Below, piece by piece: positions 12,572 through 27,654 of a DNA stretch of 64,000 bases. The translations under genes and the position numbers were made by a program. This DNA comes from the human T2T-CHM13v2.0 reference genome, Homo sapiens. Location: assembly GCF_009914755.1 (NCBI RefSeq), contig NC_060936.1. One strand, 5' to 3'. Every line of letters begins with the position of its first letter. The first letter of the stretch is position 1. The notes beneath the pieces were generated by a model. It made no database searches. It was not told where the DNA came from and saw only the letters and a list, made by a program, of their open reading frames with translations.

Positions 12572-12990
12572 GAAATCTACAGTAATCAAAATGCATTGAT
12601 ACTGGCTTAACAATAAACTTACAGACCAATGGAACAGAATTGAGAGTCCAGAAATAAATCTAAACAGCCATTGTAAATTGATTTCAACAAGGATGCCACG
12701 ACCATTCAATGTGGGAAGGAATTGTCTCTTGAATAAATGATTTTTGATTTTGTGGGGTTTTTGTTTGTTTGTTTGTTTTTAACTTTTGTTTTAAGTTTTA
12801 AGTTCAGGGCTACATGCACAGGATGTGCAGGTTTGTTATACAGGTAAGCCTGTCATGGAGGTTTGTTGTACTGAATATACACATGTAAAAGAATGAAGCT
12901 GGACCCTCACTTTATACCATACACTTAACTCAAAATGTATCACTGGCCTAAATGTAAGAGACAAAACTGCCAAATACTTAAAATAAATAT
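12572..12990 (+). mobile_element. Old L1M ORF2 fragment (host), interrupted at about 12741-12870
   Basis: CTACAGTAATCAAAA...GACCAATGGAACAGAATTGAGAGTCCAGAAATAAA...GAATGAAGCTGGACCC. Confidence 0.75.
12741..12871 (-). mobile_element. Older L1PA (about L1PA11-16-like) 3' terminus
   Basis: T-rich tail then TTTTAAGTTCAGGG.TACATG..CAGGATGTGCAGGTTTGTTA...GGTTTGTTGTAC. Confidence 0.7.
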
Positions 12991-14193
12991 AAAGTTGAAC
13001 CTTAAAAAAAAAAAAAAGATCCAGGTAGCTGGGCCAGACATCAGTACTACCTATAGAAATGGAAAAGTTGAGAAGGGAAGATCCCAAATTAGTTTCTTTA
13101 GGAGATACAACCAAGTGGTGATAACTTCACTCTCTTGACCTTTCCAAAGTTTTATGAGCCCTAAGGCCTTGCATTAAAATCTTCACATCTGGAATTCACA
13201 AAGTGAGTTGTGTTTTCTTGGCCAAACCCTGACTGATGATATGCATGGTATAGAGGAATTAGGACTGGGTAACTTAAGGAGGCTAGAAATGGGGAAAGGA
13301 CTAAGCAGTAAATAACTGGGCAGAATGAAGAATCTGTACTGGAAAGAGAACAACAAGTACCATGACTTTTTTAAAAGATCAAATAACTTGTACCTATGAA
13401 CAAACTTGTCATTGGAAATAATCATTACTGGAAACACTAAGTCATCTGGGGGAAAGAGACGGGGCAATGGGATGATCTGCTAAGGGAAAAGAAGCACACA
13501 AAAGATATCTCAGGAAAAGTGAGAGGTAACATCAAACTGGGGTCAAGCGGATTACAGATAGTTCAAATCCATGATTAGAAAGCAGGTCACTCATTTTGCA
13601 CCACAAAAACTGGTGATCTAAGTTGAGTAACTGATACTTTAGAAACGATTTTCCCACCTACCTACATACCCTATTCAAATGCTAGTACCAGAAAAATAGA
13701 ACACTTACTATATTAGCATCCCAGAAAAAGATATTCCTGTGAATTATACAAAAGAACAGTATGTTTTTCCTTTTCAGACACATAACTCCCATTAAAGTAA
13801 ATGCATGTTTTTATACACCTGTCAAAAATAGATTACAGGCACTGGCAGTAAAGGTCACTTGGGTCTATTTCTTCTACCCAGGAGCATACCTGTGAATGCA
13901 AATTAAAAGTGCACATACAAATGTTGTAAGATAAGAGCTCCAAGTGCCCTAATCCCCTCACTTATACAATGTGAACAGTCCTGCTGAAAAAATCATTTCC
14001 TATCATATTTTAATCAAGTACATATCCCCCAAGGATGACTACATGTTGCAAACATATGTAAGTTCTGATTTCCTTGGAAAATATTATTTAGATTTTTTTT
14101 TTTTTTTTTTTTTAGTTTTCATTACAACTTAGTTTATTTAGTTCTTATAATAATTCTTTAGCTCATATTTATTTACTTAATTATAGATTAACA

Positions 14194-14376
14194 CAGTAGT
14201 TTCCAAATTTGTCTTCACATTATTAGCAGAATCAAGTGAGATCTTTTAAAAATTTCAAATCCCAAGCTATCACCCAGAACAATTATATCTCAATCCCCTA
14301 GGGTGAGGCAAAGACCTTGTTATTTTTTTGAAGCTCCCCAGGTGAGTCCAATGTCCATACAAGTTGGAAACTACTG
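14194..14376. mobile_element. MER5B-like hAT-Charlie MITE
   Basis: TIRs CAGTAGTTTCCAA / TTGGAAACTACTG; internal GAAGCTCCCCAGGTGAGTCCAATGT; 8-bp TSD GATTAACA/TGTTAACA. Confidence 0.8.
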
Positions 14377-14422
14377 TGTTAACATAGAACTCCTTAAAGG
14401 AAACCTGATTAGCCTTTGAGAG

Positions 14423-14594
14423 CAGCAGTTCTCAGACTTAGCTATATATCAGAACCACCTGGGAAATTCTGAAAATCCCCCGACCCTGGCTACACCCAAG
14501 ACTGGTTAAATTGTAATCCTTGGGGAAGTGAGCAGGGAGCCAACCATTGTTGTTCTTTAAAGTTCCAAAATGCAGCCAAGTTTGAGAACCAGTG
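14423..14594. mobile_element. Second MER5-family MITE
   Basis: CAGCAGTTCTCAGACTT...CAGAACCACCTGGG...GCAGCCAAGTTTGAGAACCAGTG. Confidence 0.8.
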
Positions 14595-15723
14595 CTTTAA
14601 GCCAGAGAATGGTTTGTAATACTTATTAAAACCATTAGATGTCTGGAAAAATAACTTCATTGATGCAATAAAAATTCTTATTAAAACTCTCCAAAAAAAG
14701 AAGGAACAGGAATGTGTATTATGTTATGTAAAGGTAATGACACTCTAGTAAGTAGACCAGCTATTGTGTTAACTACAATATTGAAAATTAGGACAGAGAC
14801 AGAAAAAGCCTAAGCAAGACAAAAAGAAGAAATATAACCTGTTGTCATTTAGAGAGGTATAATTGAATCTTTCAATCTCTATATAATAAAATATATTCCT
14901 GTTCTATTCATCACTCTTGCCAAATGTATAAGTTTAAGAAAATTTAAAAAGAAAGAATATTACTGATAGAAAAAGTTTTCCAAATACTCAAAATATGTAG
15001 ATTAAATGATTGAATAATTTTGAAGCAAGAAAAGGTCATCTCTTATCTCTAATTCCAATTCTAAGCAGTAGTTTCTGGCCACTTTTTGGTCCTGTTGAAA
15101 ATTAGTTCAGCATGAATAAAATGTATATTATGTTTCAAATACAACAGAAGGGGTGGTTGAATTAAGATGATTTGATGCTATAATTTTTAAGTGTTTATTA
15201 AATGTTCACTTTCATGTAAATATATTTCAATGGAAGTTTTAAGTATCATTTAAAACAGATTTTATAAAGTATAATTAGATGTGCTGTCAGATGGGAAGAC
15301 AAATTAAAAGTGCAATTTACACTGTTGCAGCAGCAGTGCCACCAGGAGCAGCTGAGCTTCTGTACAATGCTCAAGGCAGAATGTAATCCAGTCTCCACAG
15401 CACATGTGATTATAGACTCTCAGGGACACTACTATTTAAATTATTAATCAATCAGTTTCCTTTGGTAGAAAAATCTGTGTGCTACAAAAAGGAGGGGGAA
15501 GAGTAAGGTCTTTTTTAACTTTTGTAAATTGACTGCCTGGTAAAAAGCCTCTTACGTCTCAATCTCCTAGGGTGAGTTCATCGAAGTATCAGCTAGGCAT
15601 GCCCTGCCAATTGACAGTATATGACAAAGTTAGTGGGAAACATCCATTTATCCAATTACTTTGGGATGATTTAGTAGTTGTTACAACTGGAAATCTCTGG
15701 GTAGAAGCCAGATGAACCAATAG

Positions 15724-16211
15724 ATTTTTTTTTAACTGTATATATCTAAGGTGCACAAAGTGATGTTTTCATACACATATGCATAGTGAAATGATTGCTA
15801 CAGTCCAGCTAATTAATATATAATCATCTTACATAGTTACGTTTTGTGTTAATAGCACATTAAGTCTACTCTTGGCAAATTTCAAGTATACAATATTATT
15901 AATATGTAGTCTTCATGCTATACATCTGATATCTAGACATATTCATCTGATATAAGATATAACTGCAACTTTGTACCCTTTGACCTACATCTCCCCATTC
16001 CTTCTTCCCTCACTTCCACCCAACCTCTGGTAACCACCATTCTACTCTCTGTATGTATTCTACTTTCTTTTAGATTCCACATATACATGAAATCATGCAG
16101 TATTTTACTTTCTGTGTTCTGTGTCTGGCTTATTTCACTTAGCATAGTGTCTTTCAGGGTCATCCATTTTGTCACAAATAACTGGATCTCCTTTTTAAGG
16201 CTCAATAATAT

Positions 16212-16245
<34 letters not shown>

Positions 16246-16330
16246 CCCAATTTCTTTATTTACTCATCTGTTGACAGACACTTAGGTTGTTTCCATAGCC
16301 TGGCTATTGTGAATAATGCTGCAATTAACA
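15724..16330 (-). mobile_element. L1MA (L1MA8/9-like) 3' end containing a (TG)n tract at about 16214-16243
   Basis: Antisense L1MA 3'UTR motifs (CTTTGTACCCTTTGACC, CTCTGGTAACCACCATTCTACTCTCTG, GCTTATTTCACTTAGCATA). Confidence 0.82.
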
Positions 16331-16440
16331 CTTCTAAATTATCCCCACAGCTTTTAATGCAGAGGTAGGTGCAATTCTACTTATTGTAATCTTACCCAAA
16401 ACATCAACAGGGACCCATCTGATGATTATCCCCTTTGAGG

Positions 16441-16760
16441 TTGTTGGTTAAGGGTACAAACTTGTAGTTAAAAGACTAATAAGTTCTGGAAACCTAATGT
16501 ACGGCAAGGTGACTACAGTTAATAACAATGTATTATACACTGGAAATTTACCAACAGAGTAGATCTCAAGTGTTCTTACAACCACATAAAAAGCAGAGGG
16601 GAGGAGGGACCCTAGGTGAGGTGATTGATACATTAATTAGCTTGATTGTGGTAATCATTTCACAATGTGTACATATATCAATACATCACATGGTACACCT
16701 TAAATACATACAGTTTTTATTTGTCCATCATACCTCAATAAAGCTGGAATGAAAAAATAA
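16441..16760 (+). mobile_element. L1MA/L1MB 3' end
   Basis: AAGGGTACAAACTTGTAGTTA...GAGTAGATCTCAAGTGTTCT...TACCTCAATAAAGCTGG. Confidence 0.8.
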
Positions 16761-17233
16761 AGGGAATCACTTTACCAAATGATATAATTACATAACTAAC
16801 CTAATCTTAGGCAAACCTTTAAAAAAAATCACTTTTCTTTCTTCACCAGCTAGAAAGAATCATTAATAGATGAAAAATCAAACATGATATGTTTTGCCTT
16901 TTCATTTTCTTCACTGAGCCTCTGTTGGACTCATTAATTACCCAATCAAAAGGCAATATACTTAGTTGTTATAAGACACTCCTACCAACATGATAGAACC
17001 TGTCACCAATGCAGCCTAAGGTTTTGTTCTCCTTTCATTAAACATATCCATTATTAGTTGTTAAACAACGTATTTTGATATTTCTGGATTTCACAATACA
17101 TGATTGGAAAAATAAAAATCATAAAAAACAATTTTATAATGAACTCCCCTAACAAATAAAAACAAACACACACAAATCATCTAAACAGGCATTTATTTTG
17201 AATCCAATCAGCAATGTTTATTATAATCCAAAA

Positions 17234-17789
17234 TTTTTTTTCATTTCTTTATTATACTTTAAGTTCTAGGGTACATGTGCACAACCAGCAGGTTTGTTAC
17301 ATATGTATATATGTGCCATGTTGGTGTGCTGCACCCATTAACTCATTTACATTAGGTATAGCTCCTAATGCTATCCCTCTCCCTACCCCACGACAGACCC
17401 TGGTGTGTGATGTTCCCTACCCTCTGTCCAAGTGTTCTCATTGTCCAATTCCCACCTATGAGTAAGAACATGTTTAGTTTTCTGTCCTTGCGATAGTTTG
17501 CTCAGAATGATGGTTTCCAGCTTCATCCATGTCCCTGCAAAGGACATGAACTCATCATTTTTTATGGCTGCATAGTATTCCATGTTGTATATGTGCCACA
17601 TTTTCTTAATCCAGTCTATCATTGATGGACATTTGGGTTGGTTCCAAGTCTTTGCTATTGTGAATAGTGCCGTAATAAACATACATGTGCATGTGTCTTT
17701 GTAGTAGCATGATTTATAATCCTTTGGGTATATACCCAGTAATGGGATGGCTGGGTCAAATGTTATTTCTAGTTCTAGATCCTTGAGGA
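17234..17789 (-). mobile_element. 5'-truncated L1PA5/6-like element
   Basis: TTATTATACTTTAAGTTCTAGGGTACATGTGCAC...; minus-strand ORF2 C-terminus (TIAKTWNQPKCPSMIDWIKKMWHIY). Confidence 0.92.
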
Positions 17790-19293
17790 GAAAATGGGGT
17801 CATTTAAAAACTTTTCAATGCACAAAACATATTGCAGCATTTCATATGAATTTGCATTATAAACTACATATACTTTACTCCCAAATGAAAGACTCAAGTA
17901 TGCTTTTTGACCTAAGTCTCATTAAACGGTAGATGTGATCAGCATTTCAATTTTCCATTTAGCAGGATCTTTGGATAAAATACATCATCTCCAAATTTTA
18001 AAATGGTTCCAAATTGCTAGTATTAAATAAGCACTTTTAAAATTAATTATCTCCTTTCCTGATAGTCTATGCTTTTCACATCCATACTAGAAATATTATA
18101 AAGTGCTCCAGCAAAATATGAAACAAAGATACCTTATTGTTTGACTTTCCTATTTGACCTTGTTTGCCAAGTGTGCACTGAATGTCATGGCTTCCATTGC
18201 TAAGCCCAGACAATGAATGTGCTACTGTCAGAAAGCCCATTTGACTGAAACCTCTTCTTTTGTGAAATTCATTCTGTAACCCTATACCTGGCCTCTATAA
18301 AGAATAAAATTGTATTTGTATGTCTTATAGTTGGTAGACCAGCGAAGTAAAATTGCCACTCTTTTTAAAGCCTAGCTTTCTCTTGTTTGCTTTCATTTAA
18401 TTCTACAGGTCTTTGTAGCTTCCTACAGTATGAAACCATTCTCACACTTTGTCTTTCTCAACCATAAGATAAATCAATGCAAAACAGCCACTTTTGTGAA
18501 CATCAGTCTTTCTTTCAGCCAGGCTCTCACAATGCAAGCACAGTGGTGCCCTCATCTTCTAATCAGTTTTCAGATATCCTTTGATTGTGAAGGGGAGAGG
18601 ATAGGAAATAAAGAGAAAAAAAAGGAAATCGTTCCACTGATTTCAGTAGATTAGGGTTTTGCCTTCTTTTAGATTAAGAATTCCTTTTATAAAAATAATG
18701 AAAACATTGCTACAATAGTGACCATGATGAAGAGGCTCAGAAGTAGCATTGTCCAGGTTTCACTTAGCAATGAATATTTAATGAGCTACATGACTCTGTG
18801 CAAGTTACTCAGCTTCTCTGTGCCACATTTTTCCATGTAAAATAATATTACCCCTCTCAGTAGGAGACTATGTGGATTAAAAAGAGATAATGTATACAAA
18901 ATACTAAGTCTACCTGAGTAATTTGCTCAATAAAATTAATTCTTACTTTAAATGCAGAATTTAATGAAATTTCCAAAAGGCCTAACATCCTATATAAATA
19001 TCTTCTAAAATAAATTTGGTGAATTTGATATTCTTATCAGACTTCATATATCTCACCCCCTATATTTCAAAACATATGACAAATTAATGTCACAATATTT
19101 TATAGCAAATACTCTAATAACAATTTTCAAAATGAAAATGTATTTTAAAGTTTAAAAGAGAGGAACAGTTCCTACATGAGAAAGAAAGGAGGATTGACAT
19201 ACACCTACATCAGACAGAAGTACCACGGGGGATGCAGAAGAACAGCCCCGAAGTCTCTACACATGCCCGCACACATTAGAACTGGATTTCCTC

Positions 19294-19518
19294 TTGGTTC
19301 TCAGTGGTGCTCAGCATTGAAGATAACTTGGATTCACCTGAAAGCATTTGAATCCATCTGGATAAAATGTAGATTTCAGGGCCTCAACCAAGACCTACTG
19401 AATTAGAACGCCTGGAGAAGCAGGAGGCAAGAAATTGACATTTGACAAGAAGCCCCTCCCAGGCTCAAAGTCCCACCAGTGATGCCAGTAGCTCATGTAT
19501 CATACTTCAAGAAACTGC
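19294..19518. mobile_element. MER5-family MITE (degenerate)
   Basis: TGGTTCTCAG...GGCCTCAACCAAGACCTACTGAATTAGAA...CATACTTCAAGAAACTGC. Confidence 0.55.
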
Positions 19519-20829
19519 AAGGATTGAAGTCCCAAGTGAGCAGTAGCTATCATGGCCGATTCTTGCCAATGTTGCCTACATTTGCATTGTTTTTCAAAGT
19601 AGGCATACATGGAGTGATCAATATGTCTTTAATGAACACTTCTGACCGTCTCCCAATCAGAAAACCCAAGAGCCTAGTTCTCCAGTAACCAGGAAACTGT
19701 GTGAAATTCATTTTCACGGAATAATACGCATTGCTTCTTCAGTGCTAAACTATAATAGGTTATAATGTGAAACTAAATGACATTTGCCATTTTTCTGCAG
19801 ATAACGTCATGTTACTCTCTTTTGCTATCCAATAATAACCACTAAAATAAAGTCTGGTCAAACAAACTCCCCCAAATACTACAGTTACTTTGTAATTGTG
19901 CAGTACATTGTCTAATTACCCTGCCACTGCATAGCACTTTCCACATAATTAGATAAATAGTAATTATCCTTTGAGGAGCCAATAACTCAGTGGAATTGCT
20001 GAATGGCAAAGTGAATCACTGCCTTCCTGGGTAAATATGGGAAAAAGATCTTCAATGAAGGTTTTAAAATCAGGCCACAGAAGCACATCTCAAAGGCTAT
20101 GGGTTCTATATTATATCATATGAATAAAAAATGGAACAAATAGAAAAAGTTTAGTGAAATGGCAGTTCATCTACTGCACCATCATTTCAGAAATTAAAGC
20201 TGGTAGCATAAGTTCATCCTTTCCCAGGGTATAGGAAGAGTGAGAAAGGAGTGAGGTAAAGTATATTCTAGCAACCCACTGAAGTACTGCCCAGAAAATG
20301 TCCTAAATTGGATAAAGTATCATCAGAATTGAAAAAGGAAGGTGAGTAAGGAGGAAATTAAGAAAAGAAATGAAAAGAGAAAATAAGAGGAAATAAAGAA
20401 GAAAAGAAAAACCAATCTTAAAGAGAAACAACACTGCTGCCAAAAAGTAGAAGCACGGCACCACCCCCTCCCCAGTGGCAGATCCATCACTACAGTAAAG
20501 ATGCCTAGAAGGAGAACAGTTAATGAAAGATGCAGATATGGCAAACGAGACTGGAAGGGAAGCCTCTGCAAAAGAAGTTTCATGGAAATAAATAAGAAAA
20601 ATTAACCACCCTCTTTGTCCCTCTCCCACCCCATATCTCATAGGCAAGATTTACCAGTGCTGTGTCCCATAAAACTATACCTTAAAATATACTTATTCTG
20701 ATATAAGCTAATGCTTATTCAGAAAATTCTTTTCTTTTACATAAATTACCTTTAAAATATATTTTATGTTTATGAACTGTTTAGAATAACTCCAGATACT
20801 TCGCCCCCATAGAAATGTATCCCTGGCCA

Positions 20830-23154
<2,325 letters not shown>

Positions 23155-23189
23155 AGAAATGTATCCCTGGCCAGGCACAGTGGCTCACT

Positions 23190-23570
23190 GTTTCTTTTTA
23201 ATTTTTTTAACTCATACCATGTTCCTAATACCTATCCAGGTTCTTAACATGTATCCATGTTGCTCTGTTTATATCCAGTTTTTTGCTTTTAAGTGTCCCA
23301 TGTTAAACATGGATCTTTCACATTTTAATTCCTCAGTCCCCTCAGTATGGAGATATATCCTTTAGTTCTCAAGTACCTCTCCCAGCAACACCAAAATATA
23401 TGGATAAGAGAGAAAGATCATCCTCAAACATATTCATTTACCTTTGTGAGAATTTTCTGTAGGGTATACCTAGGCCTGAGATGAGTAGTCATGAAACATA
23501 TGTTAACTTCATTTCACTAAGTGCTACCAGATTGCCTTCCAGAATGACTATATTCCCACCAGCAAGTGGA
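23190..23570 (-). mobile_element. Old L1ME-like fragment
   Basis: ATCCATGTTGCT..., GTAGGGTATACCTAGG, CCAGATTGCCTTCCAGAATG..ATATTCCCACCAGCA antisense L1M motifs. Confidence 0.55.
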
Positions 23571-24066
23571 AGGCAAAAAAAAAAAAAAAAAAGTTACTTT
23601 TTTAAAAACTTCTGACCCAAATGCTTTTCATATATTTAAGAGTTCTTTAATTCCCTTCTTCATCCCATGGACCCACACTGTATTAAAATTTAGTTTTTTG
23701 TTTTATTTTTAAAGGGTTTATTTCAGAAAGCACAAGGTCAACAGCTGCTATGTAATTTGGGCATAGTAGGAAATAAAACATGCTATGGTTTAAAAAGATT
23801 CAGCAATGGAATAGACTATTTGGAAGCTAAAAAGCTATACAGTGCTGGAATATGACATATTTTCTATGGAACATCCTATTTTCCTTTACAATATCCTACA
23901 TCTCCATAAATCCACTCTCTCATTTTATACCCATAGGATTCAAAATCATATCCTTGGGCAAAAACAGCAGTACCATTTACAGTATCAGTGACTCACAGAA
24001 TGAAACACTTTCTACTATTATCACCAAACAATATAAACCAGGAAGGGGTGGAATTCTAGGTGCTAG

Positions 24067-24372
<306 letters not shown>

Positions 24373-24699
24373 TCCCTGGCATTATTAATCAGTACTCTAT
24401 AAATCATTCCAGAACCCCAGCACTTTAAGAATCAGAGAAGTTGGTGCAATTTCCTTCTCAGAGCTGAAAATGAGCTTAATAGCCACTCTTAGATAAAGCT
24501 AATGGTCTCAAGTCCTAATACTAACACCACTATGACTTCAGGTTTACTCATTGTCCTTTTTATTTATTATAATTACTGTTCTGTGACTACACCAAGCATC
24601 CCAGAGTCTCCTGCTAATCAGTCTTCCCTGAACTATCACCATAGATCACATCGCTCATTCTCTCACCTCATCCCTGGCCTTGTTCAAGTATCAATGTAA

Positions 24700-25035
24700 A
24701 GAGAGCTCTCTCCTACCACCCTATGTAAAGCTGTACCTGACACACTCATATAAACACGCACTCATTTTACCAACAATCTGTATCCTCTAACACTGCTATA
24801 TTATCCTTCATAACACCACGTATATCTTCCCACTAAAGTGTAGACACACTAAAAGCAAGGATTTTGTTATTGTATTCACTGAGCTATCCCCAGTATGTAG
24901 AACAGTGCCTAGCACAAAGAAGGTATTCAAATATTTGTAGAACAAATCAATTTAGATTGTGATAGATGCTGAAGATCCAATAACAAGAGAGCCCAGTCCA
25001 TGCCCTCATGGGGCTTACATTCATGCAAGGATACA
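24700..25035. mobile_element. L2 3'-end fragments
   Basis: TTCACTGAGCTATCCCCAG..AGAACAGTGCCTAGCACA..AATATTTGT; TGCCCTCATGGGGCTTACATTC. Confidence 0.6.
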
Positions 25036-26854
25036 GATGAGTAAGCTGTAGAATGTGCAGGAGAACCCCGGTCTTGTCATTCACGTAGCTCTTTCCACCC
25101 TGCCATGCTGAACACTGTACAAAAGATGGGGCTTGATTATTTAGCAACAGCTGAGGGAAAACATTAGTGAACAGAGGACTGCAAAGGCTGAGTTAGTTGC
25201 CTTTTTCCATCACATATCTTGAAATCCTTTGTGGTTTTTTTTCCAGAGACCCATTCAGATTAGAAGCTGCAAAAGAGGAGGTAGCCATGAGGACTCTTTG
25301 AAGACTTGTATTATTCTAAAGAACATTTTCCATTATGTTTTTTGTACATGGGATATTATTCAGATTTTTAATTAAATAATCACAGTAGTAATGTAATCAA
25401 TGTGCATAAATTTCCACATGAACATACCCTCATGTACAGTTTAACAGTGGGTACAAGAATGGACAGCTGGAAATGTTTCAGTGGTTATATAACTTGTCCT
25501 TAATAAGTCATGATGCTTATTTCCTAACAATGCAAGTAATATCTACCAAGTCATGTTAGAATTGTGATAGTGTTCTATTTGCAAACAAGTTAGAAAATAA
25601 AGCTTCTGTTCCTGTGCTTTGGAATAGAAATAAACATCCTATTTTTATTGTATACCAGACTCTCTTTGACTACACCTGAAGAAAGTGAAAGGAACTGAAG
25701 TTTTAAATACTGTCCTAGAATTTAATTGAGAGAGGGGGAGAGGGTAAAAGTTGCTTTGAATGTGAAGTTGAGCTGATAAAACAATTTACTTTGTAGAAGC
25801 CACATTCCATTTCTGTTGACAGACTATGATATCTGACATAAGAGAAGTCCAAAGAAATAATCCCTGCACTGAGAGCTTAGGGACTCATACACCAAGATTA
25901 AAGGAAACGCTGGACATGCTGGACTTATTTTGAGTTACTTAATATGGCCTAAAGATTTTTGAAAAAAGAACATAAAAATATGCTGCGAATAATTTTCACT
26001 GGAAGTATATTTTGTCCTGTTTATACTTTCGCTCATGGGAGCCATAAAGGACAAACGATTAAACAGCAGAGTCTTCTCTTAACCATTTGAGGGGAGGAAG
26101 ACAATAAAGACTGGTTTATCACATACAGTCTCTTATTATGTAATAACACTGAATCATTATAGGAATGCTGTATAGTTATTAGGGAGTAATTTTTCAAGTC
26201 TCAGTGGAAATTATCTCCAGTGAGAAGTCAAATTCTCAAGTTTCTGATATTTACTTGTGAGTCACACTCTCCCCTGTTCGATATTAACATATTAGAATGA
26301 AAGCACAAAAATTCATTTAAAAATAAAAGAAATAAGTCACCAGCTCCCTGTACTTCAGAAGTTCTCCCAATTTCTCTAACTTGCTGATAACATCTTTCTC
26401 TTTCTGTTTGTTGCTCCTGTTTTGGAATGAGGGCAAAGGATCAAATTGCATTTATTTCCACGGAATTATGATTTTCAGCACAACCAAATGAGATTGCTTT
26501 TTCTTTTGAAGGTTAAGAAGTTGTGTTATGATATGTAAAATGATTTTCTGATTGCTATATTTAGATGTGAAATACAGATCCACATGTCACCTGGTTATGC
26601 TTCATTTTTTAATGGGGCAGGCATTGGTAATCATAGCTCTGGACTACTCAGATTTTCACCAGGCTCCACAGCTACCTCAGCCCACAACCATTGCCCTTGG
26701 ATACCATGGTGCTCATGGTATACAATAGCTTCCTCTGGTGACCTCGAAATAAACAGCACATGCTAAGTAGCTCTGTGCCCCACTATTGTTTGTATTATGT
26801 TCAGTGTATTTGCTAAGTAGAAAGAGTGACAGAATCTAGACATAGACAATCTAA

Positions 26855-27303
<449 letters not shown>

Positions 27304-27634
27304 AAACGATCTAAGTTCTAAGAAAAAGTCTATCATTTACTGGCCATGAGACTTAGTTAAAAAAAAAAAAAAATCACTTAAACTGTTCAATAATCAAACT
27401 CACCCTACCCTTCTAACAGGATTAATTGCGTCAAGTTGCAACAAAAGGTATTATATGGAATTTCAAAAGAGTGTGTGTGTACATATGCTGTTTTATATGC
27501 TTGAAAACTAAAATAATTCAAATTTGAAATAATTACATAAGAACATAACATTATATAAATAGGACTTGACAGAAGCAAAATTGGGGAGAAGACAAGTAGA
27601 CCGTCTATGTCCGAGGCTCACATTCTTCAGTGCT

Positions 27635-27654
27635 AATGCTGCCATCTGCTAGTT
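27635..27654 (-). promoter_or_regulatory. Candidate CTCF-binding motif
   Basis: Minus strand AACTAGCAGATGGCAGCATT versus the core CCASYAGRKGGCRSY (one mismatch), in apparently non-repeat DNA; motif match only. Confidence 0.35.
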
